From contig JBGATG010000007.1 of the NCBI GenBank assembly GCA_044229315.1, forward strand, positions 4,903-68,902: 64,000 nt of DNA, written 5' to 3'. The translations under genes and the position numbers were made by a program. The notes below the pieces were generated by a model. The model searched no databases. It was not told where the DNA came from and saw nothing but the letters and a program-made list of their open reading frames with translations. Numbering within the stretch: position 1 is the stretch's first letter; every line of letters starts with the position of its first letter. The stretch is from Bacteroidia bacterium (GTDB taxonomy: Bacteria > Bacteroidota > Bacteroidia > B-17B0 > Aurantibacillaceae). Shown here piece after piece: positions 28,519-37,438 of the stretch.

Positions 28519-29306
28519 ATGCTGTAAACGAGTTTAATATTCCCTCCGTTCTGCGTCAAATAAAATTTTCTAGGATCGTAAGTTTCGCCTTTAAAATAAC
28601 TACGCTCAAAGGTTTTTTTGTCTACTAAGAATTCTTGCTTTTTGGTTTCACCGATTGATTTAAACCCACATTTTAAATAACCCGTGCCGTAGCTCCATTG
28701 CTTGTCAACGTAGGTCATTACATCACCAGGCTCTTTTTCCGAAATGAAATGTTTTAATAATTTGGAAAGGCCCCCGGTAACGGTTGTTCCTTCCTTGCAG
28801 CAGAAACGAACTAATTCAAACGAACGCTTGTGGGCAGGTAAACGGTCCATTTTTCTACCTTTTGAAAAAGCAGCTACCGCAATGAGTTCTTCATTTATAA
28901 AAAGTCCGTAATGAAACGCGGCTGTTGCGTATTCCATTAAATGATGAGCATCTAAAAAAAGTTTCGCGTAAGGTGCGTTGATCTTCTTCACCTCACATTT
29001 TCTGGCGAACACCTTACAGTTAAGTTGTAATTTCGAACGAATAATAGAGAACATCTGATGTTCTCTTCTTACTATTTGATCCAGGGCAACGCTGATGCTA
29101 ATGTCTGATAATTTATCGTCGGCCTCAATGCAGGATGTTGAATTGTATAATTCAAAGGTATTCTCTTTAAAAATGCCGATCTTCAAATGTTCTTTTGCAG
29201 TGCTAATATCCAGGATGTGCTTCTTATAAGACAGTTTTAATTCGTTATTAAAATGTCGTTGTAAGTTTTCTGTAAAGCGTGCAATTATTTTTTCGGGGGA
29301 ATTCAA
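28515..29306 (-). CDS. Uncharacterised protein with Mom-like/GNAT-like C-terminal domain
   Basis: FARKC...FLDAHHL...YGLF...ELVRFC...[13 protein letters not shown]...TYVD...GYLKCGF pattern; ATGA overlaps with obgE and miaA. Confidence 0.6.
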   Translation of the reverse strand: MNSPEKIIARFTENLQRHFNNELKLSYKKHILDISTAKEHLKIGIFKENTFELYNSTSCIEADDKLSDISISVALDQIVRREHQMFSIIRSKLQLNCKVFARKCEVKKINAPYAKLFLDAHHLMEYATAAFHYGLFINEELIAVAAFSKGRKMDRLPAHKRSFELVRFCCKEGTTVTGGLSKLLKHFISEKEPGDVMTYVDKQWSYGTGYLKCGFKSIGETKKQEFLVDKKTFERSYFKGETYDPRKFYLTQNGGNIKLVYSI

Positions 29307-30319
29307 AAATCATAATGGTTTAATTTTTCCCACAATAGATCTTTTAATTGCATGATATTCTTATTAGCCACCGCCGAGATAAAAATGAAAGGAACTTTAT
29401 TTTTCCCTTTTAACCCCTTTGTTACTTCTTTTGTAAGTTCTGCTTCCAATTCCTCATCTAACATATCAGATTTAGTAATAGCTAAAACACGTTCCTTTTT
29501 TAGAAGTTCGGGATTGTAGGATTTAACTTCGTTAACCAAAATATTGTATTCTTCAATAATGTCTTTACTATCGCAGCTTACCATGAATAACAGAAGCGAG
29601 TTGCGCTCAATATGACGTAGGAAACGTAAGCCCAAACCTTTTCCTTCGCTTGCGCCTTCGATAATTCCGGGGATATCGGCCATCACAAAACTTTTGTAAT
29701 TGCGGTATTCTACAATTCCCAAATTCGGAACCAAAGTTGTAAAAGGATAATTGGCGATCTCCGGTTTTGCGGCGCTAACTACAGAAAGCAAAGTAGATTT
29801 TCCAGCGTTTGGAAAACCAACTAAACCAACATCAGCTAACACTTTTAATTCAAGGATCTTCCATTCGCTTTTTCCATCCTCGCCAGGTTGTGCATGACGC
29901 GGCGTTTGCATGGTGGATGATTTGAAATGTGTATTTCCCAAGCCACCACGACCACCGGCCACAATAATATGTTCTTCTCCGTCTTCTTTTATTTCAAAAA
30001 GTACTTCGCCGGTTTCCGCATCTTTTGCAATAGTACCAAGAGGAACTTCCAGATATTCATCTTTGCCTTGTTTTCCGCTGGAATTTGAACTTCCTCCGCT
30101 TTCACCTTCGGTGGCGATTACATGTTTACGATATTTTAAATGGATCAAGGTCCAAAGTTGTTTATTGCCACGCACAATGACGTGTCCGCCACGACCACCA
30201 TCACCACCGTCAGGCCCGCCCTTGGCCGTAAATACATCACGGTGCAAATGCCTTGAGCCGGGTCCGCCTTTTCCGCTTCTGCAGCAGATCTTTACATAAT
30301 CAACAAAGTTTGAGTCCAC
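29303..30319 (-). CDS. obgE: GTPase ObgE
   Basis: [33 protein letters not shown]. Confidence 0.97.
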   Translation of the reverse strand: MDSNFVDYVKICCRSGKGGPGSRHLHRDVFTAKGGPDGGDGGRGGHVIVRGNKQLWTLIHLKYRKHVIATEGESGGSSNSSGKQGKDEYLEVPLGTIAKDAETGEVLFEIKEDGEEHIIVAGGRGGLGNTHFKSSTMQTPRHAQPGEDGKSEWKILELKVLADVGLVGFPNAGKSTLLSVVSAAKPEIANYPFTTLVPNLGIVEYRNYKSFVMADIPGIIEGASEGKGLGLRFLRHIERNSLLLFMVSCDSKDIIEEYNILVNEVKSYNPELLKKERVLAITKSDMLDEELEAELTKEVTKGLKGKNKVPFIFISAVANKNIMQLKDLLWEKLNHYDF

Positions 30320-30335
30320 AGTTTTTTAAAATAGA

Positions 30336-30360
30336 AAAGCCTGCGCACAAGGCACAGGCT
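30336..30360 (-). terminator. Terminator-like hairpin after adk
   Basis: Minus strand AGCCTGTGC-CTTGT-GCGCAGGCT followed by TTTT. Confidence 0.6.
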
Positions 30361-30375
30361 TATATGATCAATAAT

Positions 30376-31452
30376 TTATTTACGTTTTTTAGAAGATTTT
30401 TTGGCTGCTTTCTTGGCAACTTTTTTCTTCACTACTTTTTTAGTTGCTTTCTTTTTAGCAACCGATTTTTTCTTGGCAACTTTTTTTACCACTTTCTTCT
30501 TAGCTGGTTTTTTTGCAACCTTCTTTTTAGTGGCAGGTTTTTTCTTAGCTACTTTTTTAGCAGGCTTCGCTTTCTTCTTTTTGGTAGCCGAGCTTGTCGA
30601 AGCTTTTGCTTTCTTCACAGCAGTATTTTTCTTAATATTCGCCGCTTTCTTTTCACCGTGAGCGTGACCATTGCTTTTGGAATGATCTTTAGTAACTGTT
30701 GCTAAAGTTGATACCGCAGTTTTTCTTTCTTCTTCCTCTTCTGCTTCTACACGTTTGATCGCGTCGATCTCCAATAACAAATGCGGTTCAATTTCATCTG
30801 CAACCTCAAAATCATTTACAGTAAGATCTAAATGCTCAAGATCTGTTTCCAATTGCGTCAAGTCAACTTCCGCTTTAATAAAAGTGATGCGATCTACTAA
30901 ACTTTGGAAGATCTGATCAATGGTTCCGATACCATGAATGGAATGGAATTTCCCTTGCTCGCTATAGTAATTTTTTAAAGGAAGCGTTTTGTTATTGTAC
31001 TCGGCAATACGATTGCGAATTATCCCTTCGTTCTTATCATCTTCACGTCCGCTGTCTTGTCCGCGAAGCAGTAAACGCTTGGTCAATTCTTCATCGTCAA
31101 CTTCCAAAGCTAACATGGCGTGAATAGCTGTGCCTTTCTTTTGTAAAAGATCATCCAATGCCACCGCTTGCGCAGCAGTGCGTGGAAAACCATCAAAAAT
31201 AAATCCTTTAACGTTTGGATTCGCATCTAATTTTGATTCGATCATTCCAATAACGATCTCATCGCTAACAAGATCTCCGCGATCCATAATGGCTTTCGCT
31301 TGCAAACCAAGCTCTGTTCCTCTTGCAATTTCAGAGCGTAGTAAGTCGCCTGTGCTCAAATGCACTAATCCGTATTTATTGATCAGGTTCTCTGATTGAG
31401 TTCCTTTTCCTGCGCCCGGAGGACCAAATAAAACTAAATTCAATGTTTCCAT
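30376..31452 (-). CDS. adk: Adenylate kinase with acidic linker and histone-H1-like Lys/Ala-rich tail
   Basis: GPPGAGKGTQ, LSTGDLLR, FDGFPRT, short-LID GREDD; about 165 extra C-terminal residues in frame. Confidence 0.93.
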   Translation of the reverse strand: METLNLVLFGPPGAGKGTQSENLINKYGLVHLSTGDLLRSEIARGTELGLQAKAIMDRGDLVSDEIVIGMIESKLDANPNVKGFIFDGFPRTAAQAVALDDLLQKKGTAIHAMLALEVDDEELTKRLLLRGQDSGREDDKNEGIIRNRIAEYNNKTLPLKNYYSEQGKFHSIHGIGTIDQIFQSLVDRITFIKAEVDLTQLETDLEHLDLTVNDFEVADEIEPHLLLEIDAIKRVEAEEEEERKTAVSTLATVTKDHSKSNGHAHGEKKAANIKKNTAVKKAKASTSSATKKKKAKPAKKVAKKKPATKKKVAKKPAKKKVVKKVAKKKSVAKKKATKKVVKKKVAKKAAKKSSKKRK

Positions 31453-31468
31453 AGGTAGTGTTTTAATG

Positions 31469-31999
31469 TTATGCTAAAATGTATATATCTTTTAAATTTC
31501 TTCCCTGTCCGTTGTAATCCAAACCATAACCTATCACAAATTCATTCTTGATGGTCAATCCTACATAATCAACGCTATGCTTTTTTTTGTAGGCTTCCGG
31601 TTTAAACAACGCGGCGGCAACTTTTATTTTTTTTGTTTTGCTCAAAGAATCCATCAACTTTTCAAGCGTATTTCCCGAATCAACAATGTCCTCCACAATA
31701 ACAACAGTTCTTCCGCTTAGATCTTCGTTTAATCCTATAAGTTCGGAGACGGTTCCGCTGCTGGATGTTCCACTATAACTTGAAAGTTTAATAAAGGAGA
31801 TCTCACACGGAATGGTCACTTCTCTTAAAAGATCGGCGGCAAACATAAAAGAGCCATTTAAAACTACTAAAAATAATGGAAATTCATTGTTGAGTTCCGC
31901 ATTTATTTTTTGGGCAATATTTTTTACACCTTCGTGGATGGCCGCAGCGCTGATGTAGGGCTTGAACTGCTTGTCGTTTATAGTGATCAACTGGTTCAT
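31469..31999 (-). CDS. hpt: Hypoxanthine phosphoribosyltransferase
   Basis: VLNGSFMFAADL, VIVEDIVDSGNT, FVIGYGLDY. Confidence 0.94.
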   Translation of the reverse strand: MNQLITINDKQFKPYISAAAIHEGVKNIAQKINAELNNEFPLFLVVLNGSFMFAADLLREVTIPCEISFIKLSSYSGTSSSGTVSELIGLNEDLSGRTVVIVEDIVDSGNTLEKLMDSLSKTKKIKVAAALFKPEAYKKKHSVDYVGLTIKNEFVIGYGLDYNGQGRNLKDIYILA

Positions 32000-32009
32000 T
32001 ATGAGGGGG

Positions 32010-32037
32010 CAAATATACGGGTTTTAGCGTATATTTG
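32010..32037. promoter_or_regulatory. Back-to-back Bacteroidota -7 promoter boxes
   Basis: TATATTTG on the minus strand (32017-32010) for hpt and on the plus strand (32030-32037) for tsaC. Confidence 0.7.
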
Positions 32038-32042
32038 CGGCC

Positions 32043-33008
32043 TTGGCCACCATAGGAAAAGACATAATTAGAGCGAAAGACCTGCTTCAAAATGCCCAAT
32101 TGGTGGCTATTCCCACGGAAACAGTGTATGGATTGGGTGCTAACGCGCTTGATACCGCCGCTGTTTTGAAAGTTTATGAGGTAAAACAACGTCCGTTTTT
32201 CGACCCCTTGATCATTCATGTGGCAAGCATTTCTGACGCTGAAAAATATGCTTCTTTAAGTGAAACAAGGCTTCAAAAGCTCGCTAAAAAATTCTGGCCT
32301 GGGCCATTGACGCTTCTATTGCCAAAAAAAAGTAATGTTCCCGATCTTGTGACTTCGGGTTTGCCGCAAGTTGCTGTTCGTGTACCAAAAAATGATCTGA
32401 CTTTGGACCTGCTAAAGCAATTGGATTTTCCTTTGGCCGCGCCGAGTGCGAATCCATTTGGATATGTAAGTCCAACAGAACCGGAACATGTGAACAAGCA
32501 ACTAGGAGATAAGATCGGTTATATTTTGGATGGTGGAAAATGTGCGGTTGGAATTGAATCTACTATTGTAGGAATTGAAGATGATCAGGTGTGTGTTTAT
32601 CGTTTGGGTGGATTAGCAATTGAAGAAATAGAAAAGGAAATTGGAAAGGTAATTTTGCGGATCAATAACTCAAGCGATCCAAAGGCGCCGGGACAATTGA
32701 AGAATCACTACGCACCAAATAAACCGCTTTATATTGGGGATCTGGATCAACTGGCAGTGAAATTCAGTGGTAAAAAGATCGCAGCAATTTGTTATGGGAA
32801 GATTTCTTTGGATAAGAAGAACGTCACACTTTTTAATCTGTCTTCACGTGAAAACTTAGAACATGCTGCCTTGAATTTGTTCTCTTATTTGAGAGAAGCA
32901 GGGGAGGGTGATTTTGAAATTATTATTGCGCAAACCTTGCCCAACGAAGGATTAGGAAGAGCTATAAATGATCGATTAAGACGGGCTGAAGTAAAAACAA
33001 ACATTTAG
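32043..33008 (+). CDS. tsaC: L-threonylcarbamoyladenylate synthase (Sua5 type)
   Basis: AIPTETVYGLGA, KQRPFFDPLIIH, AAPSANPFG, APGQLKNHYAP, AINDRLRRA. Confidence 0.93.
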   Translation: MATIGKDIIRAKDLLQNAQLVAIPTETVYGLGANALDTAAVLKVYEVKQRPFFDPLIIHVASISDAEKYASLSETRLQKLAKKFWPGPLTLLLPKKSNVPDLVTSGLPQVAVRVPKNDLTLDLLKQLDFPLAAPSANPFGYVSPTEPEHVNKQLGDKIGYILDGGKCAVGIESTIVGIEDDQVCVYRLGGLAIEEIEKEIGKVILRINNSSDPKAPGQLKNHYAPNKPLYIGDLDQLAVKFSGKKIAAICYGKISLDKKNVTLFNLSSRENLEHAALNLFSYLREAGEGDFEIIIAQTLPNEGLGRAINDRLRRAEVKTNI

Positions 33009-33012
33009 TTGA

Positions 33013-33086
33013 ATTACGATTTACGAGTGACGAAGTACGATTCTGCGTTTAGATTCGTCAATCGTCAATCGTATTTCGTCAATCAT
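33013..33086. repeat. Inverted heptamer arrays between convergent genes
   Basis: ATTACGA-TTTACGA-GTGACGA-AGTACGA, then TCGTCAA-TCGTCAA-TCGTATT-TCGTCAA. Confidence 0.8.
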
Positions 33087-34445
33087 TTAGTAATTCACCC
33101 TCGCAATCTCGTTGTCAGCCTTCACATAAACCCATTCCAAAAATTTTAATTCAGAGATCTTTGTGGGAAAACTTTCGGGCGTATCGTCGTGCAACAATTC
33201 ATTGATAGGATACGCGTCATCAATTTTGGTTTTTCCTCTTGTTTTTGGCTTTAGATAGAAGCGATTGTTCATGCGTTCGTCCGAAAATTCTACCAGGTAA
33301 ACCGTTGTATCGCCGTCAAAAAATAGTTTGTCGCTTACTTTCACGGTTACATTTTTATGAAGAAATCCTTTTTTAGAGTTGATAGGACTTATCTCTATCA
33401 TTTGCCCCATTTTTGCTGTAAGAAAATATTCGTGTGAATTCTCGCCACGAATTTTAATGTCGATCAGATTAAATAAACTAAAATCCTCGTCGTTATTTTT
33501 TGTGATATAGAAAGGAAGTTTGAAGCCAAGAGTTTGGTAGAAATTCTTATAGATCTTAAATCGGCTGACTCGCAAGATCACAAGTGTAAATAAAAATCCG
33601 TTGCTGAATATCGCCGTGAAAGAATCGGACAAGGCGAACATAAATCCGTGGGTGTAAGTTTTGTAAAAGATGCCAATTACCATGGTGAAAAAGTACCAAA
33701 GCATCAATCTGTAAAAGATGCTACCGGAGTAATGGATCTTAGAATAATTGAAATAAGGGGAGAAGTTTACTGCGTTATTGAGCATGGTGATCCAGAAATT
33801 GATTCCGATCAAGTACACAACGATCACCAACAAAGGCGCAATATAGCGGAAGGTTGGATTCATGATAAAGTAGTCGAACAAGCCATGGGAGCAAATAGCA
33901 GTGATAAATGCCACAAGTGTATTGGTAAATTGATTCCCGCGTTTAAAGATCCTGAAACGACAATAGCCGTAGGTAATAATGCTGGTATTGATTATGTGTT
34001 CTAAAACGGAATAAAATGAACGGTCGGTAATAATGTCAATACCATAACGTCCAATGTACATGGTGTTTTCTACAAGAGCAAAACCCAAAGCAACCATTCC
34101 CGCATAGATCAAAAAATCTACCGATTCATTTACTTGCTTTTTGAGCAATTGAAACACAATGATCACTCCAACGATCTTACTGAGTTCTTCGGTTAATCCG
34201 ATTCCAAGAATAGAATATATAAGATCGTTCACAGGTTCGCCATTCAACGCAAATTGAATGGTATCATGAAGGTCATAAATAAGAATGCTTAAATAAGGTG
34301 TGCCGCAACCTATAAGGAGTGCGATAAATAAATAACGGATCCTTTCTGGTTCAAATACATCAATACGACGAAAATAATCGATCCAAACAATTACCGAAAC
34401 CAGTGCGGATAAGATAATGGCGGTTATGAGGACAACTGGACCCAT
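33087..34445 (-). CDS. PrsW-family intramembrane metalloprotease with C-terminal soluble domain
   Basis: GLTEELSK, GFALVEN, HIINT and HGLFD motifs. Confidence 0.87.
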   Translation of the reverse strand: MGPVVLITAIILSALVSVIVWIDYFRRIDVFEPERIRYLFIALLIGCGTPYLSILIYDLHDTIQFALNGEPVNDLIYSILGIGLTEELSKIVGVIIVFQLLKKQVNESVDFLIYAGMVALGFALVENTMYIGRYGIDIITDRSFYSVLEHIINTSIITYGYCRFRIFKRGNQFTNTLVAFITAICSHGLFDYFIMNPTFRYIAPLLVIVVYLIGINFWITMLNNAVNFSPYFNYSKIHYSGSIFYRLMLWYFFTMVIGIFYKTYTHGFMFALSDSFTAIFSNGFLFTLVILRVSRFKIYKNFYQTLGFKLPFYITKNNDEDFSLFNLIDIKIRGENSHEYFLTAKMGQMIEISPINSKKGFLHKNVTVKVSDKLFFDGDTTVYLVEFSDERMNNRFYLKPKTRGKTKIDDAYPINELLHDDTPESFPTKISELKFLEWVYVKADNEIARVNY

Positions 34446-34476
34446 TAAACAAATATATTGAAATTAGTTCAGATGG

Positions 34477-34539
34477 GTCCCTGAGCTCGTCGAAGGGTCT
34501 TTCCAAACTGTTAGAAACGCTTCGGCGAGCTCAGCGTCC
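34477..34539. repeat. Inverted pair of REP-like variants
   Basis: GTCCCTGAGCTCGTCGAAGGG (34477-34497,+) and CTTCGGCGAGCTCAGCGTCC (34520-34539,-). Confidence 0.7.
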
Positions 34540-34545
34540 AGGTTC

Positions 34546-35820
34546 TTACATTCTAATGGTCTGCGTTCTATCCGGTCCAACAGAAACAATTGAAATTGGA
34601 GTTTCCGTTGCCTTCTCAATGAATTTAATGTAATCTACTAATTCCTGAGGTAATTTGCCTTTTTCGGTAACGCCGGTAAGATCCACTTTCCAACCTTTTA
34701 CAGTGGTATAAACCGGTTGCAGATATGCAGGATCGATATTGTACGGAAGATAATCAATGGTTTTTCCGTTCAATGTGTAATGTGTACAGATCTTTAATTC
34801 ATCAAAGTCACTTAACACATCCGCTTTCATCATCATTAATTCCGTTGTACCGTTAATAGTGATGGCGTATTTCAATGCAGGAATATCTAACCAACCTGTG
34901 CGACGCGCGCGACCGGTCGTACTTCCAAATTCCCTCCCTATTTGACGGATCTTTTCTCCCGTTTCATCATTCAATTCAGTAGGGAATGGCCCGCTACCAA
35001 CGCGAGTGCAATAGGCTTTGAAAATTCCAATTACATTTCCAATTTTATTTGGTGCAATTCCTAATCCGTTGCACGCACCCGCACAAATAGTGTTTGAAGA
35101 AGTAACAAAAGGATACGAACCAAAATCAATATCCAGCAATGACCCTTGCGCGCCCTCCGCTAGAATTTTCTTTCCGTTTTTGATCGCGGTATTCACATAA
35201 TGTTCTGTATCTACAAACTGCAATTGCTTTAATTGTTCAATAGCCGCAAACCAAGCCGGCTCTAATTCAGCCAGGTTGTATTCAAAATTATGATACGCTA
35301 AAAGTTGTTTGTGTTTTTCTACAAGTGTATTATATTTTTCTTTGAATTCTTTTGTTTCAATATCGCCGATACGCAAGCCATTACGTCCGGTTTTATCCAT
35401 GTACGTTGGGCCAATACCTTTTAAAGTAGACCCAATTTTATTTTTTCCTTTAGCCGCTTCACTTGCCGCGTCTAATAAACGGTGTGTTGGTAAGATCAAA
35501 TGCGCGCGCTTGCTGATGATCAATTTACTTTTGTAATCTACTTTTAAAGCATCTAAAGCGTCCAGTTCTTTTTTAAAGATCACAGGATCGATCACAACAC
35601 CATTTCCAACTACGTTAATGGCAGTAGGATGAAAAATTCCACTCGGAATAGTGTGCAAAACGTGCTTTATTCCATTGAATTCAAGGGTATGTCCCGCGTT
35701 TGGTCCGCCCTGAAAACGGGCAATAATATCGTAAGCAGGGGTTAAAACGTCAACAATTTTCCCTTTTCCTTCGTCGCCCCACTGTAGGCCTAATAATACG
35801 TCAGCTTTATTCATTTTCAA
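34546..35820 (-). CDS. purA: Adenylosuccinate synthetase
   Basis: GLQWGDEGKGK, FQGGPNAGHT, GSTTGRARRTGW. Confidence 0.98.
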   Translation of the reverse strand: MKMNKADVLLGLQWGDEGKGKIVDVLTPAYDIIARFQGGPNAGHTLEFNGIKHVLHTIPSGIFHPTAINVVGNGVVIDPVIFKKELDALDALKVDYKSKLIISKRAHLILPTHRLLDAASEAAKGKNKIGSTLKGIGPTYMDKTGRNGLRIGDIETKEFKEKYNTLVEKHKQLLAYHNFEYNLAELEPAWFAAIEQLKQLQFVDTEHYVNTAIKNGKKILAEGAQGSLLDIDFGSYPFVTSSNTICAGACNGLGIAPNKIGNVIGIFKAYCTRVGSGPFPTELNDETGEKIRQIGREFGSTTGRARRTGWLDIPALKYAITINGTTELMMMKADVLSDFDELKICTHYTLNGKTIDYLPYNIDPAYLQPVYTTVKGWKVDLTGVTEKGKLPQELVDYIKFIEKATETPISIVSVGPDRTQTIRM

Positions 35821-35949
35821 TTAAAAGTAAAGGGCAAATATATCATTATTAGGATAGGAACTATGAGCATTTTATTAACTATTTAGACCCTTTTTTATAT
35901 TGGAAAATTATCAAATAAAACCCTAAATTAGCACCTCTTAAATCATATT

Positions 35950-37338
35950 ATGCAATACGATATCATAGTTATAGGCAGCGGTCCCGGAGGATATGTAACT
36001 GCCATTCGCGCGTCGCAATTGGGCTTTAAAACAGCAGTTGTTGAAAAGGAAAGTTTAGGTGGTGTGTGTTTGAACTGGGGTTGTATCCCAACCAAAGCGC
36101 TTTTAAAAAGTGCGCAAGTGTTCGAATATTTGAACCATGCGAAAGATTATGGAATTAGCGCGGATAATGTGAAAGCGGATTTTAGCGCTGTTGTAAAACG
36201 TAGTCGCGATGTTGCTGAAGGAATGAGCAAAGGTGTTCAATTCTTAATGAAGAAGAACAAGATCGACGTGATCATGGGAACTGCAAAAGTAAAAGCAGGG
36301 AAAAAGATCAGCGTAACAAATGCCGAAGGAAAAACGGAAGAACATTCAGCTAATCATATCATCATTGCAACTGGTGCGCGCTCGCGTGCATTACCGAATT
36401 TGCCACAAGACGGTAAAAAAATTATTGGTTACCGTGAAGCAATGGTGTTACCAAAATTACCAAAGACGATGGTAGTTGTTGGAAGCGGAGCTATTGGCGT
36501 GGAGTTCGCGTATTTTTATGCAACGATGGGAACAAAAGTTACCGTGGTTGAATTTTTACCGAACATTGTTCCGGTGGAAGATGAAGAAGTAAGTAAGCAG
36601 TTAGAAAAATCGTTCAAGAAAATTGGAATTGACGTGATGGTTGATTCTTCAGTTGAAAGCGTAGATACAAAGGGAACTGATTGCAAAGTGAACATTAAAA
36701 CCAAAACAGGAAATGTTACTTTAGATGCTGAGATCGTATTATCTGCGGTGGGAATTGAAGCGAACATTACGGGATTAGGTTTAGAAGAGGTTGGGATTAA
36801 AACCGACAAAGGAAAAATTGTTACAGATAAATTCTACGCGACAAATATTGCAGGATATTACGCTATAGGCGATTGTGTAGGCGGACAAGCCTTAGCTCAC
36901 GTAGCAAGCGCTGAGGGAATAACTTGCGTTGAGAAAATTAAAGGAACTCACGCTGAGCCTTTAGACTATAACAACATTCCTGGCTGTACCTATTGTCAAC
37001 CTGAAATTGCTTCTGTTGGATTTACTGAGAAGAAAGCGAAAGAAGCTGGTTATACTGTAAAAGTTGGGAAATTCCCTTTCACTGCATCGGGAAAAGCGAA
37101 AGCAGCCGGCGCAAGTGATGGATTCATTAAACTAATTTTTGACGCGAAATACGGAGAAGTATTAGGTGCTCACATGATCGGCGCGAACGTTACTGAAATG
37201 ATCGCTGAGATCGTAGCAATTCGTAAGCTGGAAACTACGGGACATGAATTGATCAAAACCGTTCACCCACATCCAACCATGAGCGAGGCAATTATGGAAG
37301 CTGCCGCTGCTGCGTATGGAGAGGTGATCCATTTGTAA
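35950..37338 (+). CDS. lpdA: Dihydrolipoyl dehydrogenase
   Basis: GSGPGGY, GGVCLNWGCIPTK, HPHPTMSE. Confidence 0.96.
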   Translation: MQYDIIVIGSGPGGYVTAIRASQLGFKTAVVEKESLGGVCLNWGCIPTKALLKSAQVFEYLNHAKDYGISADNVKADFSAVVKRSRDVAEGMSKGVQFLMKKNKIDVIMGTAKVKAGKKISVTNAEGKTEEHSANHIIIATGARSRALPNLPQDGKKIIGYREAMVLPKLPKTMVVVGSGAIGVEFAYFYATMGTKVTVVEFLPNIVPVEDEEVSKQLEKSFKKIGIDVMVDSSVESVDTKGTDCKVNIKTKTGNVTLDAEIVLSAVGIEANITGLGLEEVGIKTDKGKIVTDKFYATNIAGYYAIGDCVGGQALAHVASAEGITCVEKIKGTHAEPLDYNNIPGCTYCQPEIASVGFTEKKAKEAGYTVKVGKFPFTASGKAKAAGASDGFIKLIFDAKYGEVLGAHMIGANVTEMIAEIVAIRKLETTGHELIKTVHPHPTMSEAIMEAAAAAYGEVIHL

Positions 37339-37343
37339 CACCG

Positions 37344-37370
37344 CGTCACCCTGAGCGGAGTCGAAGGGTG
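37344..37370 (+). repeat. Single REP-like copy
   Basis: CGTCACCCTGAGCGGAGTCGAAGGGTG, identical over 26 of 27 nt to the copy at 18989. Confidence 0.85.
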
Positions 37371-37389
37371 TGGCGATAATATTGTAAGT

Positions 37390-37425
37390 AAAAAACCCCG
37401 ATCGTTTCGATCGGGGTTTCTTTTT
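37390..37425. terminator. Bidirectional terminator between lpdA and clpC
   Basis: AAAAAACCCCGATCG-TTT-CGATCGGGGTTTCTTTT. Confidence 0.85.
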
Positions 37426-37438
37426 GGAGTGTTTTATA

